From positions 564 through 64,563 of the forward strand of contig NZ_JBFIKK010000001.1 of NCBI RefSeq assembly GCF_041600255.1: a stretch of 64,000 bases of DNA. The letters run 5' to 3'. Of the stretch, positions 37,419 to 48,147 are shown one piece after another. A program made the translations under genes and the position numbers. The DNA comes from Nocardioides sp. Its GTDB lineage: Bacteria > Actinomycetota > Actinomycetes > Propionibacteriales > Nocardioidaceae. Positions within the stretch are counted from its first letter, which is position 1, and each line of letters starts with the position of its first letter. Under the pieces are notes generated by a model. It was given only the letters and a program-made list of their open reading frames with translations, made no database searches and was not told the DNA's origin.

Positions 37419-38494
37419 CGTCGGGCGGCGCGCACGACCGCGAAGCGGCGCGACCCACGGAAGGCGGCCGCGCCGGCCGCCATCAGGGTCACGATCGCCA
37501 GGCCGAACCACAGGTTCGGCCCGAGCTCGCCCTCGTGAGCGCGCCCCGTCTCCGGGTGGCCGTCGGGCACGACCGGGTCGCGGCCGTCGTCGGTCCGGCC
37601 GCCGTCCTCGCTGCCGCCGTCCTCGCTGCCGCCGCCCGCGCCACCGGCGCTGCCGTCGGCCCCGTCACCGCCCCCGCTGCCGTCCCCGCCGCCGCCCCCG
37701 CTGCCGTCCCCGTCGTCCCCGTCACTGGGCGAGGCCGTGGCGCTCGGGAACGCGGTCGAGGTGGCTGAGGCGGTCGAGCTCGGGGTCACGGTGTCGCAGG
37801 TGGGGCTGGTGATCGTGTTCGTGTCGAGCGAGACCGAGCCGTTGCGGGCCAGCACCCGACCCTCGACGTCGGTGCCGGTGTCGAGGGTGATGCTGGTCAG
37901 GGCGATCAGCGTGCCCACGAAGTCGGTGTCCGTCCCGAGGGTGGCCGAGCTGCCCACCTGCCAGAAGACGTTGCAGGCCTGCGCCCCGCCGACGAGGGCG
38001 ACGGTGCTGCTGCTGGCCGTGATCAGCGTCGAGCCGGCCTGGAAGATGAAGACCGCGTCGGGGTCACCTTCGGCGTCGAGGGTCACCGTTCCGGTCAGGG
38101 ACATGGAGCTCGACGACTGGTACACGCCGGCTTGGAGCGCCTGGCCGCCGAGATCGACGCCCGTCTGGTCCACGACCGGGCTGCGCCCCGCCGCGTCGTC
38201 GTACGCCGTGGTGAGGTCGTCCTGGGCCTGCATCGCCACCGCATCGGAGGCGTGGATCTCCCCGTTGGTGACCTGCGCGGGCGGGAACCCCGAGATCGCC
38301 GTGCCGGGGCTGACCCCCACGTCGCCGGAGATCGCCGACGGGCCGGTGTTGGTGACGGCCGAGCCGGCCAGGACCGCGAAGGACGTGGCGGTGCCCAGGC
38401 CGACGGGTGCCTGGGCCGCCTGCGCCGACCCAGCGGACACCAGCACGAGACCCAGGGCGGACCCGAGCACGGAGACAGAACGAATCAAGGTCAT
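37415..38494 (-). CDS. Ice-binding-like (DUF3494/IBP-1) protein with C-terminal sortase sorting signal
   Basis: Signal peptide; [56 protein letters not shown]; acidic Gly linker; VPDGHPETG + TM + RR tail. Confidence 0.92.
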   Translation of the reverse strand: MTLIRSVSVLGSALGLVLVSAGSAQAAQAPVGLGTATSFAVLAGSAVTNTGPSAISGDVGVSPGTAISGFPPAQVTNGEIHASDAVAMQAQDDLTTAYDDAAGRSPVVDQTGVDLGGQALQAGVYQSSSSMSLTGTVTLDAEGDPDAVFIFQAGSTLITASSSTVALVGGAQACNVFWQVGSSATLGTDTDFVGTLIALTSITLDTGTDVEGRVLARNGSVSLDTNTITSPTCDTVTPSSTASATSTAFPSATASPSDGDDGDGSGGGGGDGSGGGDGADGSAGGAGGGSEDGGSEDGGRTDDGRDPVVPDGHPETGRAHEGELGPNLWFGLAIVTLMAAGAAAFRGSRRFAVVRAARR

Positions 38495-38644
38495 GGGGGG
38501 ACTCCGAACAGATCCGGAGCGGGGGGATGGGCCCGAGGAAGGCCTGGTACGGAGTCCGGGTGCCGCGAGCCTACTCCTACCGGCGGCTGGAGACCCAGAG
38601 CCGGGTTTTTCCGGGCTCCCGTCGTGCCGGTAGTCTCGACTCTC

Positions 38645-39763
38645 GTGGCAGGACGCGATTACGACCAAGAGATCAAGGCGCTTCAGGCGACCATGCACAC
38701 GATCGAGCAGGTCCTCGACGTGGAGGCCATGCGCAAGGAGATCTTCGACCTCGGCGACCAGGTCGCCGCGCCCGACCTGTGGGACGACCAGGAGAACGCC
38801 ACCCGGGTGACCGGCCGGCTCTCGATGCTGCAGGGCGAGGTCGATCGCTTCACGGCACTGCTCTCCCGGATCGACGACCTCGCGATCATGGTCGAGCTCG
38901 GCCAGGAGGAGGGCGATGCGGACGCCCTCGAGGAGGCCGACCGCGAGCTGGAGAAGATCAAGGTCGCCGTCGAGCGGCTCGAGGTCCGCACCCTGCTCAA
39001 CGGCGAGTACGACGCCCGCGAGGCGCTGGTCAGCATCCGCGCCGGCGCCGGTGGCGTCGACGCCGCGGACTTCGCCGAGATGCTGATGCGGATGTACATC
39101 CGCTGGTCCGAGCAGCACAACTACCCGGTCGAGGTCTTCGAGACCTCCTACGCCGAGGAGGCCGGGCTCAAGTCGGCCACCTTCGCCATCCACGCGCCGT
39201 ACGCCTACGGCACCCTCTCGGTCGAGGCCGGCACGCACCGGCTCGTCCGGATCAGCCCGTTCGACAACCAGGGCCGCCGCCAGACCAGCTTCGCCGCGGT
39301 CGAGGTCGTCCCGGTGCTGGAGCAGACCGACGAGATCGAGGTCCCCGACGAGGAGATCCGCGTCGACGTCTACCGCTCCGGTGGTCCGGGTGGCCAGTCG
39401 GTCAACACCACCGACTCCGCGGTCCGGCTCACCCACATCCCCACCGGCACGGTGGTCAGCTGCCAGAACGAGAAGAGCCAGCTGCAGAACAAGGCCAGCG
39501 CCATGGTGGTGCTCAAGGCCAAGCTGCTCGCTCGCAAGAAGGCCGAGGAGAAGGCGCACCTCGACGGGCTCCGTGGCGACGTCCAGGCCTCGTGGGGCGA
39601 CCAGATGCGCAACTACGTGCTGAACCCCTACCAGGTCGTCAAGGACCTGCGGACCGGCTTCGAGGCGGGCAACCCGTCCGCGGTGTTCGACGGCGACCTC
39701 GACGGGTTCCTCGAGGCTGGCATCCGGTGGCGCCGAGGCGCGGACAGGGCCGAGGACAACTAG
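38645..39763 (+). CDS. prfB: Peptide chain release factor 2 (no frameshift)
   Basis: [25 protein letters not shown] (SPF), [10 protein letters not shown] (GGQ), WGDQMRNYV. Confidence 0.98.
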   Translation: MAGRDYDQEIKALQATMHTIEQVLDVEAMRKEIFDLGDQVAAPDLWDDQENATRVTGRLSMLQGEVDRFTALLSRIDDLAIMVELGQEEGDADALEEADRELEKIKVAVERLEVRTLLNGEYDAREALVSIRAGAGGVDAADFAEMLMRMYIRWSEQHNYPVEVFETSYAEEAGLKSATFAIHAPYAYGTLSVEAGTHRLVRISPFDNQGRRQTSFAAVEVVPVLEQTDEIEVPDEEIRVDVYRSGGPGGQSVNTTDSAVRLTHIPTGTVVSCQNEKSQLQNKASAMVVLKAKLLARKKAEEKAHLDGLRGDVQASWGDQMRNYVLNPYQVVKDLRTGFEAGNPSAVFDGDLDGFLEAGIRWRRGADRAEDN

Positions 39764-39812
39764 GTCCCCGGCCCTGTCGGCAGCCTGTCTCAGCAGGCGG
39801 TGACGATCCGCG

Positions 39813-42365
39813 TCAGCGGGCCCTCACCTTGTTGGACACCCGGCTCCACGGGCTCCAACCCTCGGCGTTCTTCGCCTTCATCACGAAGCGCCACGTGCCC
39901 CCCTTCAGGTTCATCTGCACGGCGCGGGAGCTCGGTGAGAGCATCCGGGTCTTCGCCTTCTTGACGATCTTGCCCCGCTTGATCTTGTGGGCCCAGACCT
40001 TGTATCCGGTGATGGCAGCGCCACCGTCGGCCACCGGGGGAGCCCAGCGGGCGATCGCCGTCTTCTTGCCACCCGGCTTGCCGCTCTTCGCCTTCTTCAT
40101 CCGAGGAGCGTCCGGGTTGGTGGCCGGGACGACCACGTCGACGGTCGCCATCGGGCCCTCGCCCTCGGCGTTGACCGCGGCGACCCCGATCTCGTACGTC
40201 GAGCCCCGGCTGAGCCCGGTCAGGGTGACACCGGGGCTGTCCGGTCCGACCGAGCCCAGGTAGAGGTCGTTCACGTAGATCCAGTACTCGCTGACCTCCT
40301 GACCGCCGTCGTCGGCGGGAGGAGACCAGGTCAGGTCCACCTCGCCGGCGTCGGCGCGCAGGTCGGCCGCGAGGTCCTGGACCAGACCCGGGACCGTGTA
40401 GAACGTGGTCTCCGCTGACTCGGCCGGGCCTGCGCCGATCCCGTTGACCGCCCGGACCGCGAGGGTGTGCTCGTGGCCGCTCAGCCCGGTGAAGGTGTGC
40501 TCACCGGAACCACCGGCGGCCACGAACGACCCGCCGTCGACCGACACCTGGTAGCCGGTGATCGGGCTGCCGCCGTCCGAGGAGGGGGGCGACCAGCTGA
40601 TCGTGGCCTCGTCGAGGCTCTCCTGCACCGCCGAGACCGAGGTGGGCGCACCCGGGTAGTCCTTCGTCGTGGCGTTGCCGCCGGCCGAGGGACCGGTGCC
40701 GACCGCGTTGTAGGCGGCCACGGCCAGGGCGTACGTCTCTCCGGGCGCCAGACCGGTGAACGTGTACGACGAGGCGCCGGGGCCGACGTCGGTCGGGGAG
40801 CCGTCGATGCTCACGGTGTAGCCGGTGATGGCGCTACCGCCGTCGCTGGCAGGCGGGGACCACTGGATGGTGGCCTCGAGCGCATCGGTCGGCGTGGAGG
40901 TGGAGACGCTCTGGGGAGCGTCCGGCTCCGTGGCGATGTCCGAGCACGGACCGGTCAGGCTGAGCGTGTACATGCCCAGGCTGCCGTAGTCGTTGTAGCC
41001 GGTGATCGGGTCGCCCGTGCCGATGCCGTCGACCTGTGCGTAGTAGACGCCGCTCGACACCGTGTGGGTGATCGAGGCGTCCATGCCGCTGGCGATGTCC
41101 GGGGGACTGGCGGTGCCCGAGGTCGGGTTGTCGATGGCGACCAGGCCGCCCGACGAGTTCAGCAGCCTGAGCTCGATGTCGAGGTTCGGGCTGAAGGGTG
41201 CGCCGTCGGCGGCCAGGGTGATCTCACCGTTGCACTGACCGATCAGGAAGACGTCCTTGTCCTCGCGGGTCGAGATGTACGCCGGCCCCGTCGGCAGCTC
41301 GTCGGCGGCGGTACCCACGGTGCCGCCGGCCTCGTCCGCCCGCTGCGGCAGACCGTAGGTGGTCATCACGGCGAGGTCGTCCTGCTGGTTGTTCGCGCCG
41401 GCGTACTCGCCCTTGCTCCAGTGGACGACCGGCCGGTAGTAGCCGACGCCCATGATCGGCGCCCAGTTGGCGTGGCCGGTGTCGTAGCCCTCGCTGGCGT
41501 TGCCGTCGTGCAGCAGGTTCAGGTTGTGGCCGACCTCGTGGGTGGCGGCCTCGGCGATGTTCTTCGCGTCGTTCCCGAGCAGGTGGGGGAAGACCCAGGC
41601 CGGTGAGTACTGGGAGTTCCCGACCAGGTTGAAGACGCCGACGAAGGCGACCCCACCACAGGAGTTGCCGCAGATGGAGCCGGCCGCCTGGGTGCTCGGC
41701 GAGATCAGTGCCCGGCTGCCGTAGAGCTGGTCGCTGCCGTCGGAGCGGTGCAGGGCCGCCTCGCCCGGGTCCTCGGTGGTGACGTCCACGTCGAACGGGG
41801 CGAAGTCCTCGGCCACGCGGTCGAAGACACTCTGGATCAGGGTGCGCTCGGTGGTGTTGAAGGTGGTGCCGTCACCGTCAATGGTGAAGGGCGGGTGGTA
41901 GCCCGAGGCGACGCCGTAGGAGCTGTTCCACACGGTGCCGGAGACGACGTGGCCGTCGAAGTCCAGGAAGATCGTCCGCTGGGACCCGGGCTTCGAGTGG
42001 AGCTTGAAGGTGTCCTCGAGCGGGTAGTTCGCCGTGTCCGGCGCGGAGGCGGCGGGCGACCTCGTGGGCAGCGGGTCCTTGTAGAGCAGACGCCCGGAGG
42101 GGTCCACCCACACGGCGGAGTCCGAGAGCAACAGGTCGCGCAGTCGCGCGGAGCTCATGTCGTTGATCTGGGCGGCCGTGGCGAGGTCGGTGCCCAGTCC
42201 TCGTACCGCGGCGCGTCCGTTGGCGGGGGCGGGCAGCAGGTCACCTTCGGCTGCCGGCTCGGCGGGGGCGGGGGCGGAGGCACCGGCGGGCACGAAGCCC
42301 GTGGCGCTCGCCGCCAGGGCGAGGGTCAGGGCGGCGCTCACGAGCCGCCCGGGATGCAGTTTCAT
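39813..42365 (-). CDS. Secreted metzincin-type zinc metalloprotease with PPC-like domain and four FN3 repeats
   Basis: Signal peptide; LHSKPGSQRTIFLDFDG; HEVGHNLNLLHD; WAPIMG Met-turn; PDAP/PGAP...W.PP..DGG..ITGY FN3 repeats. Confidence 0.88.
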   Translation of the reverse strand: MKLHPGRLVSAALTLALAASATGFVPAGASAPAPAEPAAEGDLLPAPANGRAAVRGLGTDLATAAQINDMSSARLRDLLLSDSAVWVDPSGRLLYKDPLPTRSPAASAPDTANYPLEDTFKLHSKPGSQRTIFLDFDGHVVSGTVWNSSYGVASGYHPPFTIDGDGTTFNTTERTLIQSVFDRVAEDFAPFDVDVTTEDPGEAALHRSDGSDQLYGSRALISPSTQAAGSICGNSCGGVAFVGVFNLVGNSQYSPAWVFPHLLGNDAKNIAEAATHEVGHNLNLLHDGNASEGYDTGHANWAPIMGVGYYRPVVHWSKGEYAGANNQQDDLAVMTTYGLPQRADEAGGTVGTAADELPTGPAYISTREDKDVFLIGQCNGEITLAADGAPFSPNLDIELRLLNSSGGLVAIDNPTSGTASPPDIASGMDASITHTVSSGVYYAQVDGIGTGDPITGYNDYGSLGMYTLSLTGPCSDIATEPDAPQSVSTSTPTDALEATIQWSPPASDGGSAITGYTVSIDGSPTDVGPGASSYTFTGLAPGETYALAVAAYNAVGTGPSAGGNATTKDYPGAPTSVSAVQESLDEATISWSPPSSDGGSPITGYQVSVDGGSFVAAGGSGEHTFTGLSGHEHTLAVRAVNGIGAGPAESAETTFYTVPGLVQDLAADLRADAGEVDLTWSPPADDGGQEVSEYWIYVNDLYLGSVGPDSPGVTLTGLSRGSTYEIGVAAVNAEGEGPMATVDVVVPATNPDAPRMKKAKSGKPGGKKTAIARWAPPVADGGAAITGYKVWAHKIKRGKIVKKAKTRMLSPSSRAVQMNLKGGTWRFVMKAKNAEGWSPWSRVSNKVRAR

Positions 42366-42442
42366 GGGGTCTCCTCCGAGGTGTGGTGCACATCACGCTA
42401 GAGAGGAAACCGTTCGGAGGTGGTGGAACGCCGGAAGTACTG

Positions 42443-43069
42443 CTACTCGCTGGCCGCCTGGGCCGCAAGGACGCACCACCGACCGGCCAGATCCAGCACG
42501 TCCGGGCCACGCGACTCGACCGAGCAGGAGAGCCAGGCGGCGCCGAAGAGTCCGTGGAAGGAGACCGTGGAAATTCGCCCCTCGGTGCAGCGCACGGCCA
42601 CCGACGGCGCACCGAAGGCGGGCGCGCCCTTCACCTTCGCACAGCCCTCGCCGGTGCGCGCCGCACGGGCCAGATCGCGGGCCAGGTCGCGGGCGCGGGC
42701 GGGGGTGACCGGGGGAGCGAAGACCCAGGCCCGCGCCACGGTGGCGTCCTCGGTCCGCCACGTGCAGGAGAACTCGTGCGCCACGTCCTTGGTGCCGTCC
42801 ACGACCCGGGCCCGTTCGCCGTTGTCGTAGGAGGTCGCCTTCGTCACGGGCGAATCGAGCAGCTCCGCCACCTCGGTGTCGGCGATCGCCTCGCAGAACG
42901 GCCCGCGGACGCCGGTCAGCGACTCGGTCGCGAACGACTCCAGGGGGGTCGCCGGCGTCGACACCGCCACCGGATCGGGGGCGTCGTCGCCGCTGCAGGC
43001 GACGAGCGCCGGGGTCAGGCTGAGCACGACCGCCACGAGACCGGCCCGCGCGTGTGTGGCGAGGGACAT
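42443..43069 (-). CDS. Lipoprotein of unknown function
   Basis: Lipobox LVA-C; several conserved-looking Cys (GPFC, SCTW, WLSCSV, RWC). Confidence 0.75.
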   Translation of the reverse strand: MSLATHARAGLVAVVLSLTPALVACSGDDAPDPVAVSTPATPLESFATESLTGVRGPFCEAIADTEVAELLDSPVTKATSYDNGERARVVDGTKDVAHEFSCTWRTEDATVARAWVFAPPVTPARARDLARDLARAARTGEGCAKVKGAPAFGAPSVAVRCTEGRISTVSFHGLFGAAWLSCSVESRGPDVLDLAGRWCVLAAQAASE

Positions 43070-43136
43070 GACCGACAACATACGACCCGCGGTGCACCTC
43101 CCGAACGAGCTGGGTCCCTCGACTACCGTTCATCGA

Positions 43137-43826
<690 letters not shown>

Positions 43827-43889
43827 GCGACCGACCCAGCAACGACCCGAGAACCGTCCCGAGAACCGCGAAGAGAGCCTCCACTCCTC

Positions 43890-44801
43890 ATGCAGCTGCG
43901 TTACGTCTTCACCGAGCTCGGCCAGGGATTGCGCCGCAACCTGTCCATGCACATGGCGGTGATCCTCACCCTCTTCGTCTCGCTGACCCTGGTCGGGATG
44001 GGGGTCCTGCTCAACCAGGAGGCCGACCGGACGGCCGAGCAGTTCGGCAACGAACTGCAGATCACGGCGTACTTCTGCAAGGCCAGGGACGACAACCCGG
44101 CCTGCACCGGCGAGGTGACCGACGCCCAGAAGGCTGCCATCACCAAGGTGATGGAGAACAACCCCGAGGTGCGCTCCTTCGAGTTCGAGAGCCAGGAGGA
44201 GGCGCTCGAGCGGGTCAAGGAGCAGCAGGACCCCGAGCTGTTCAGCGGCCCCAACCCGCTGATGACCGCCGAGGACCTGCACGAGTCGGCCCGGATCACG
44301 CTGAAGGACCCCGAGGAGTACGCCGGCATCCAGAGCGCGCTGATCGGCCTCGACGGCGTCTCCGGGATCCAGGACCTGCACGAGGAGCTCCAGCCGATCT
44401 ACAGCTCGATCAAGTGGCTCCAGCGCGGCGCCTTCTTCACCGCCGCCTGTCTGGTGCTGGCCGCGCTGCTGCTCGTCGGCAACACCATTCGGCTGGCCGC
44501 GTTCGCCCGTCGCCGCGAGATCGGGATCATGCGGCTGGTGGGCGCCTCCACGCTCTACATCGCGCTGCCGTTCCTGCTGGAGGCGCTGGTGACCGCGCTG
44601 CTCGGCGTACTGCTCGCCGCGGGAGCCCTTGGCGGCTTCATGTACTTCGTGGTCGAGCGGCACCTGGTGACCGAGTTGCGGTTCATCCCGTGGGTGGGTC
44701 TGCCCGACTATCTGCTCGCGCTGGCCGTGATCGGGGTGGTCGGGCCACTGCTCACGCTGGCGCCGACACTCGTGCTGACCCGCAAATACCTCAAAGTCTG
44801 A
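43890..44801 (+). CDS. ftsX: Cell division permease FtsX
   Basis: GLRRNLSM, NTIRLAAFARRREIGIMRLVGAS. Confidence 0.96.
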   Translation: MQLRYVFTELGQGLRRNLSMHMAVILTLFVSLTLVGMGVLLNQEADRTAEQFGNELQITAYFCKARDDNPACTGEVTDAQKAAITKVMENNPEVRSFEFESQEEALERVKEQQDPELFSGPNPLMTAEDLHESARITLKDPEEYAGIQSALIGLDGVSGIQDLHEELQPIYSSIKWLQRGAFFTAACLVLAALLLVGNTIRLAAFARRREIGIMRLVGASTLYIALPFLLEALVTALLGVLLAAGALGGFMYFVVERHLVTELRFIPWVGLPDYLLALAVIGVVGPLLTLAPTLVLTRKYLKV

Positions 44802-44855
44802 GTCCCACGCGTTACCGTCGGTGAGTTCACTTCCCCGAACACCTAAGGCAGACCG

Positions 44856-46106
44856 GTGCGCTTCTTCCCTCGTACCGCGCGTCCGCGCCTGGTGGCAGCC
44901 CTCGCGGCCGCTGCCCTGGCGATCGGCGCGGCGGCCGTCCCGCTGGCTCACGCCGACGACCTCAAGGACAAGCAGAAGCAGGTCCAGGGCCAGATCGAGT
45001 CGGTCCACGACGACCTCGACGAGTCCAGCGCGCGCCTGAGGAAGGCGGCCGGCCAGCTCGAGGCAGCCCGGGCCCAGTTCGCGAGCGCGAAGGCAGACCT
45101 CGACGTCGCCCGCGCCAAGCTCGGTGCGGCCCGGACCCTCGACCGGCAGATGCAGGCCAAGCTCGAGGTGGCCGAACAGCGCCTGGAGGCCGCCCGCGCG
45201 GACCTGCGCAACGGCCGGCTGGAGACCGAGGACCAGCGCCAGCAGGTCACCGACACGATCGTGACCATCTACGAGCAGGGCGACCCGCAGCTGCTGGCCT
45301 TCGCCTCGCTGCTCGGCTCCCGCACCCCTGCCGACCTGATGCGCCGGATGGAGGCCCGCGACGCGCTGGTCAGCCGGGAGTCCCGGGTCTACAACGACCT
45401 GCGTGCCGCCGAGGTGCTGCTCGAGGTCCGGGAGGACCAGGTCAAGGCCGCCAAGAAGCAGGTCGCGGTCCAGCGCAAGCAGGCCGCCGCCCACCTGGTC
45501 ACGATGAAGTCGTTGCACGAGCGCACCCAGAAGGCCCGCGCCGCCGTACGGACCGTCGTGCAGACGCGGCGCTCGGCCCGGCAGGCTGCGGTCCGGGCGA
45601 AGAAGGCGGACATGGCCGCTCTCGCCCGGCTGAAGAAGCGCGAGGAGCAGATCCGACAGCAGATCCTGGAGGCGGCTCGCAAGGCGCGTGGCGGCTACCG
45701 CGGGGCGACCGGCGGCTTCCTGGACCGGCCGGTGAACGGGTCGATCACCTCGCCCTACGGCTACCGGGTCCACCCGATCTACAACTACTACGGCCTGCAC
45801 GACGGGACCGACTTCGGCGGCGGCTGTGGAGCGCCGCTCAAGGCGGTCGCCAGCGGCACGGTGATGACCCGGTACTACTCCTCGGTCTGGGGCAACCGGC
45901 TCTACCTCAATCTCGGCCAGGTCAACGGCAAGAACCTCACGGTGATCTACAACCACGCCTCCAGCTACCGGTTCGGGTCCGGGCAGGCGGTCAAGCGCGG
46001 CGAGACCGTCGGGTACGTCGGCTCCACGGGTTGGTCGACCGGCTGCCACCTGCACTTCACCGTGCTCGTCAACGGTCGCCCGGTCGATCCGGCCAACTGG
46101 TTCTGA
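44856..46106 (+). CDS. Secreted coiled-coil M23 peptidoglycan endopeptidase
   Basis: Signal peptide, long coiled coil, ITSPYGYR.HP, HDGTDF, YNH, STGCHLHF. Confidence 0.93.
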   Translation: MRFFPRTARPRLVAALAAAALAIGAAAVPLAHADDLKDKQKQVQGQIESVHDDLDESSARLRKAAGQLEAARAQFASAKADLDVARAKLGAARTLDRQMQAKLEVAEQRLEAARADLRNGRLETEDQRQQVTDTIVTIYEQGDPQLLAFASLLGSRTPADLMRRMEARDALVSRESRVYNDLRAAEVLLEVREDQVKAAKKQVAVQRKQAAAHLVTMKSLHERTQKARAAVRTVVQTRRSARQAAVRAKKADMAALARLKKREEQIRQQILEAARKARGGYRGATGGFLDRPVNGSITSPYGYRVHPIYNYYGLHDGTDFGGGCGAPLKAVASGTVMTRYYSSVWGNRLYLNLGQVNGKNLTVIYNHASSYRFGSGQAVKRGETVGYVGSTGWSTGCHLHFTVLVNGRPVDPANWF

Positions 46107-46137
46107 ACTCGGTTGCCGCTCCTGAGACACTGAGCGC

Positions 46138-46614
46138 ATGGCGAAGGAGCAGGGCCGCAAGAACGTCGCGCAGAACAAGAAGGCGCGTCACGACTACCTC
46201 ATCGAGGACACCTACGAGGCGGGGATGGTGCTGGTCGGCACCGAGGTGAAGTCCCTGCGGATGGGACGCGCCTCGCTGGTGGACGGCTTCGTCGACATCG
46301 ACGGCCACGAGGCGTGGTTGCACGGGGTGCACATCCCGGAGTACGCCCAGGGCACCTGGACCAACCACTCCGCACGCCGCAAGCGCAAGCTCCTGCTCAA
46401 CCGGGCCGAGATCGACAAGATCGAGCGCCGGGTCAACGAGAAGGGCCTGACGATCGTCCCGCTCGCCATCTACTTCGTGGACGGGCGGGCCAAGATCGAG
46501 ATCGCGCTCGCCAAGGGCAAGAAGTCGTGGGACAAGCGGCACGCGCTCGCCGAGCGGCAGGCCAACCGGGAGACCGAGCAGGCGGTCGGCCGCCGGCTCA
46601 AGGGCATGGAGTGA
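46138..46614 (+). CDS. smpB: SsrA-binding protein
   Basis: [38 protein letters not shown]. Confidence 0.98.
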   Translation: MAKEQGRKNVAQNKKARHDYLIEDTYEAGMVLVGTEVKSLRMGRASLVDGFVDIDGHEAWLHGVHIPEYAQGTWTNHSARRKRKLLLNRAEIDKIERRVNEKGLTIVPLAIYFVDGRAKIEIALAKGKKSWDKRHALAERQANRETEQAVGRRLKGME

Positions 46615-47489
46615 CCGCAGGGGTCGAGGACTTCTGGCGCGGACTCGGCCTTCCCGGCCTCTTCGACGTGCACGTCCACTTCCTGCCGGAGAACATCCAG
46701 GCAAAGGTGTGGGCCCAGTTCGACCAGGCGGGGCCGAAGATCGGACGCGACTGGCCGATCCGCTACCGCGGCAGTCATGCCGAGCGGGTCGAGCAGCTGC
46801 GGGCGATGGGCGTCCGGCGCTTCTCGGCCCTGCCGTACGCGCACCGGCCCGGCATTGCGGGCTACCTCAACGACTGGGCCCGGGGCTTCGCGCACGACGT
46901 GCCCGAGTCGCTGTGGTCGGCGACGTTCTACCCCGAGCCGGAGGCCGCGACGTACGTGCCCGAGCTGGTGGCTGCTGGGGTCGAGGTCTTCAAGATCCAC
47001 GTGCAGGTGGGCGAGTTCCACCTCGACGACCCCCTGCTGGACCCGGTGTGGGGCACGCTCGAGGACGCCGGCACGCCGATCGTCATCCACGCCGGCTCCG
47101 GGCCGGTGGGCAACGCGTTCACCGGGCCGGACCCACTGCGTCGGGTGCTGGAACGCTTCCCGCGGCTGACGGCGGTGGTCGCGCACATGGGTGCGCCCGA
47201 GTACGCCGAGTTCCTGGACCTCGCCGAGACCTACGCGCGCACCCACCTGGACACCACGATGGTGTTCACCGACTTCTTCGACGCCGACGGCGGCTACCCC
47301 GCCGAGCTGCTGCCGCGGATCGCGGACCTGCAGGAGAAGGTGCTGCTGGGCAGCGACTTCCCGACGATCCCCTACCCGTACGTCGAACAGCTCGAGGGGC
47401 TCGCCCGACTCGGCCTCGGAGACGACTGGCTCCGGGCGGTCTGCTGGGGCAACGGCGTCCGGCTGTTCGGGGCCTCTCGCCGAGGCTGA
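46611..47489 (+). CDS. Amidohydrolase_2 family metal-dependent hydrolase
   Basis: [28 protein letters not shown]. Confidence 0.9.
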   Translation: MTAGVEDFWRGLGLPGLFDVHVHFLPENIQAKVWAQFDQAGPKIGRDWPIRYRGSHAERVEQLRAMGVRRFSALPYAHRPGIAGYLNDWARGFAHDVPESLWSATFYPEPEAATYVPELVAAGVEVFKIHVQVGEFHLDDPLLDPVWGTLEDAGTPIVIHAGSGPVGNAFTGPDPLRRVLERFPRLTAVVAHMGAPEYAEFLDLAETYARTHLDTTMVFTDFFDADGGYPAELLPRIADLQEKVLLGSDFPTIPYPYVEQLEGLARLGLGDDWLRAVCWGNGVRLFGASRRG

Positions 47490-47560
47490 GGGGCTGCCGT
47501 GCGGGCAAACGGTTCGGCTTCTGCGGCCCGGGCCCCTAGACTGGGGGGTACAACTCAAGA

Positions 47561-47931
47561 GGGGCTGATCGGTTTCGACTTGGGACGTTAGTTCCAGGGG
47601 AAGCGGGTCGAGGAGCCAGCGTCATCTCGTAAACGATCGCTGGAAAAATATAACTGCCGACAACAATCGCAGTAACTTCGCTCTCGCTGCCTGAGCAGTG
47701 ATCGAAGGGTCAGACCGGGCATCCGTCTCCGTCCCGGACCCTGGCCTCATCTAGGAGACTTGCTGATCAATTCCTGTCACGAGGATTGATCGGGACTTTT
47801 TCGTGGCTGAGCCTGTCGGCGACGTGTCTGTGCGAGCGCCGGGGCCGAGAAAAGCGACAACACGGACTGCACCCGGAGAAGACCTGGTTCGACGCTCGAG
47901 GACGCGGGTTCGATTCCCGCCAGCTCCACCA
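47561..47931 (+). ncRNA. ssrA: tmRNA; tag (A)ADNNRSNFALAA* encoded at 47656-47694
   Basis: 5' GGGGCTGATCGGTTTCGAC; 3' GGGTTCGATTCCCGCCAGCTCCACCA; tag ORF ending ALAA; lies next to smpB. Confidence 0.97.
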
Positions 47932-47979
47932 GCACCGCCGGTCCCGATGGTTCGCCATCGAGAGCCAGCCCTCTTGAAA

Positions 47980-48014
47980 CGAGAGCCGTCCCGACACCGT
48001 CGGGGCGGCTCTCG
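47980..48014 (+). terminator. Hairpin downstream of ssrA
   Basis: CGAGAGCCGTCCCGAC-acc-GTCGGGGCGGCTCTCG. Confidence 0.65.
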
Positions 48015-48147
48015 TGCTGTTCGTACTCCAGTGGTCCTGCGCGACGCGACGCCGCTTCCCGGAAACGCGCAGCATCGGCAGGTGATCCTTTACTGATGTG
48101 ACGAGGGCCATATACGTTCGAATGACTGCCCTCAACCAAGGAGCATC

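Noticed and set aside
38645-38720. Programmed +1 frameshift in prfB
   Set aside because: The ORF is continuous with no CTTTGA site, which is normal for Actinobacteria.
43847-43870. Direct repeat CCCGAGAACCG x2 between ftsE and ftsX
   Set aside because: Short two-copy slippage-type duplication with no further support.
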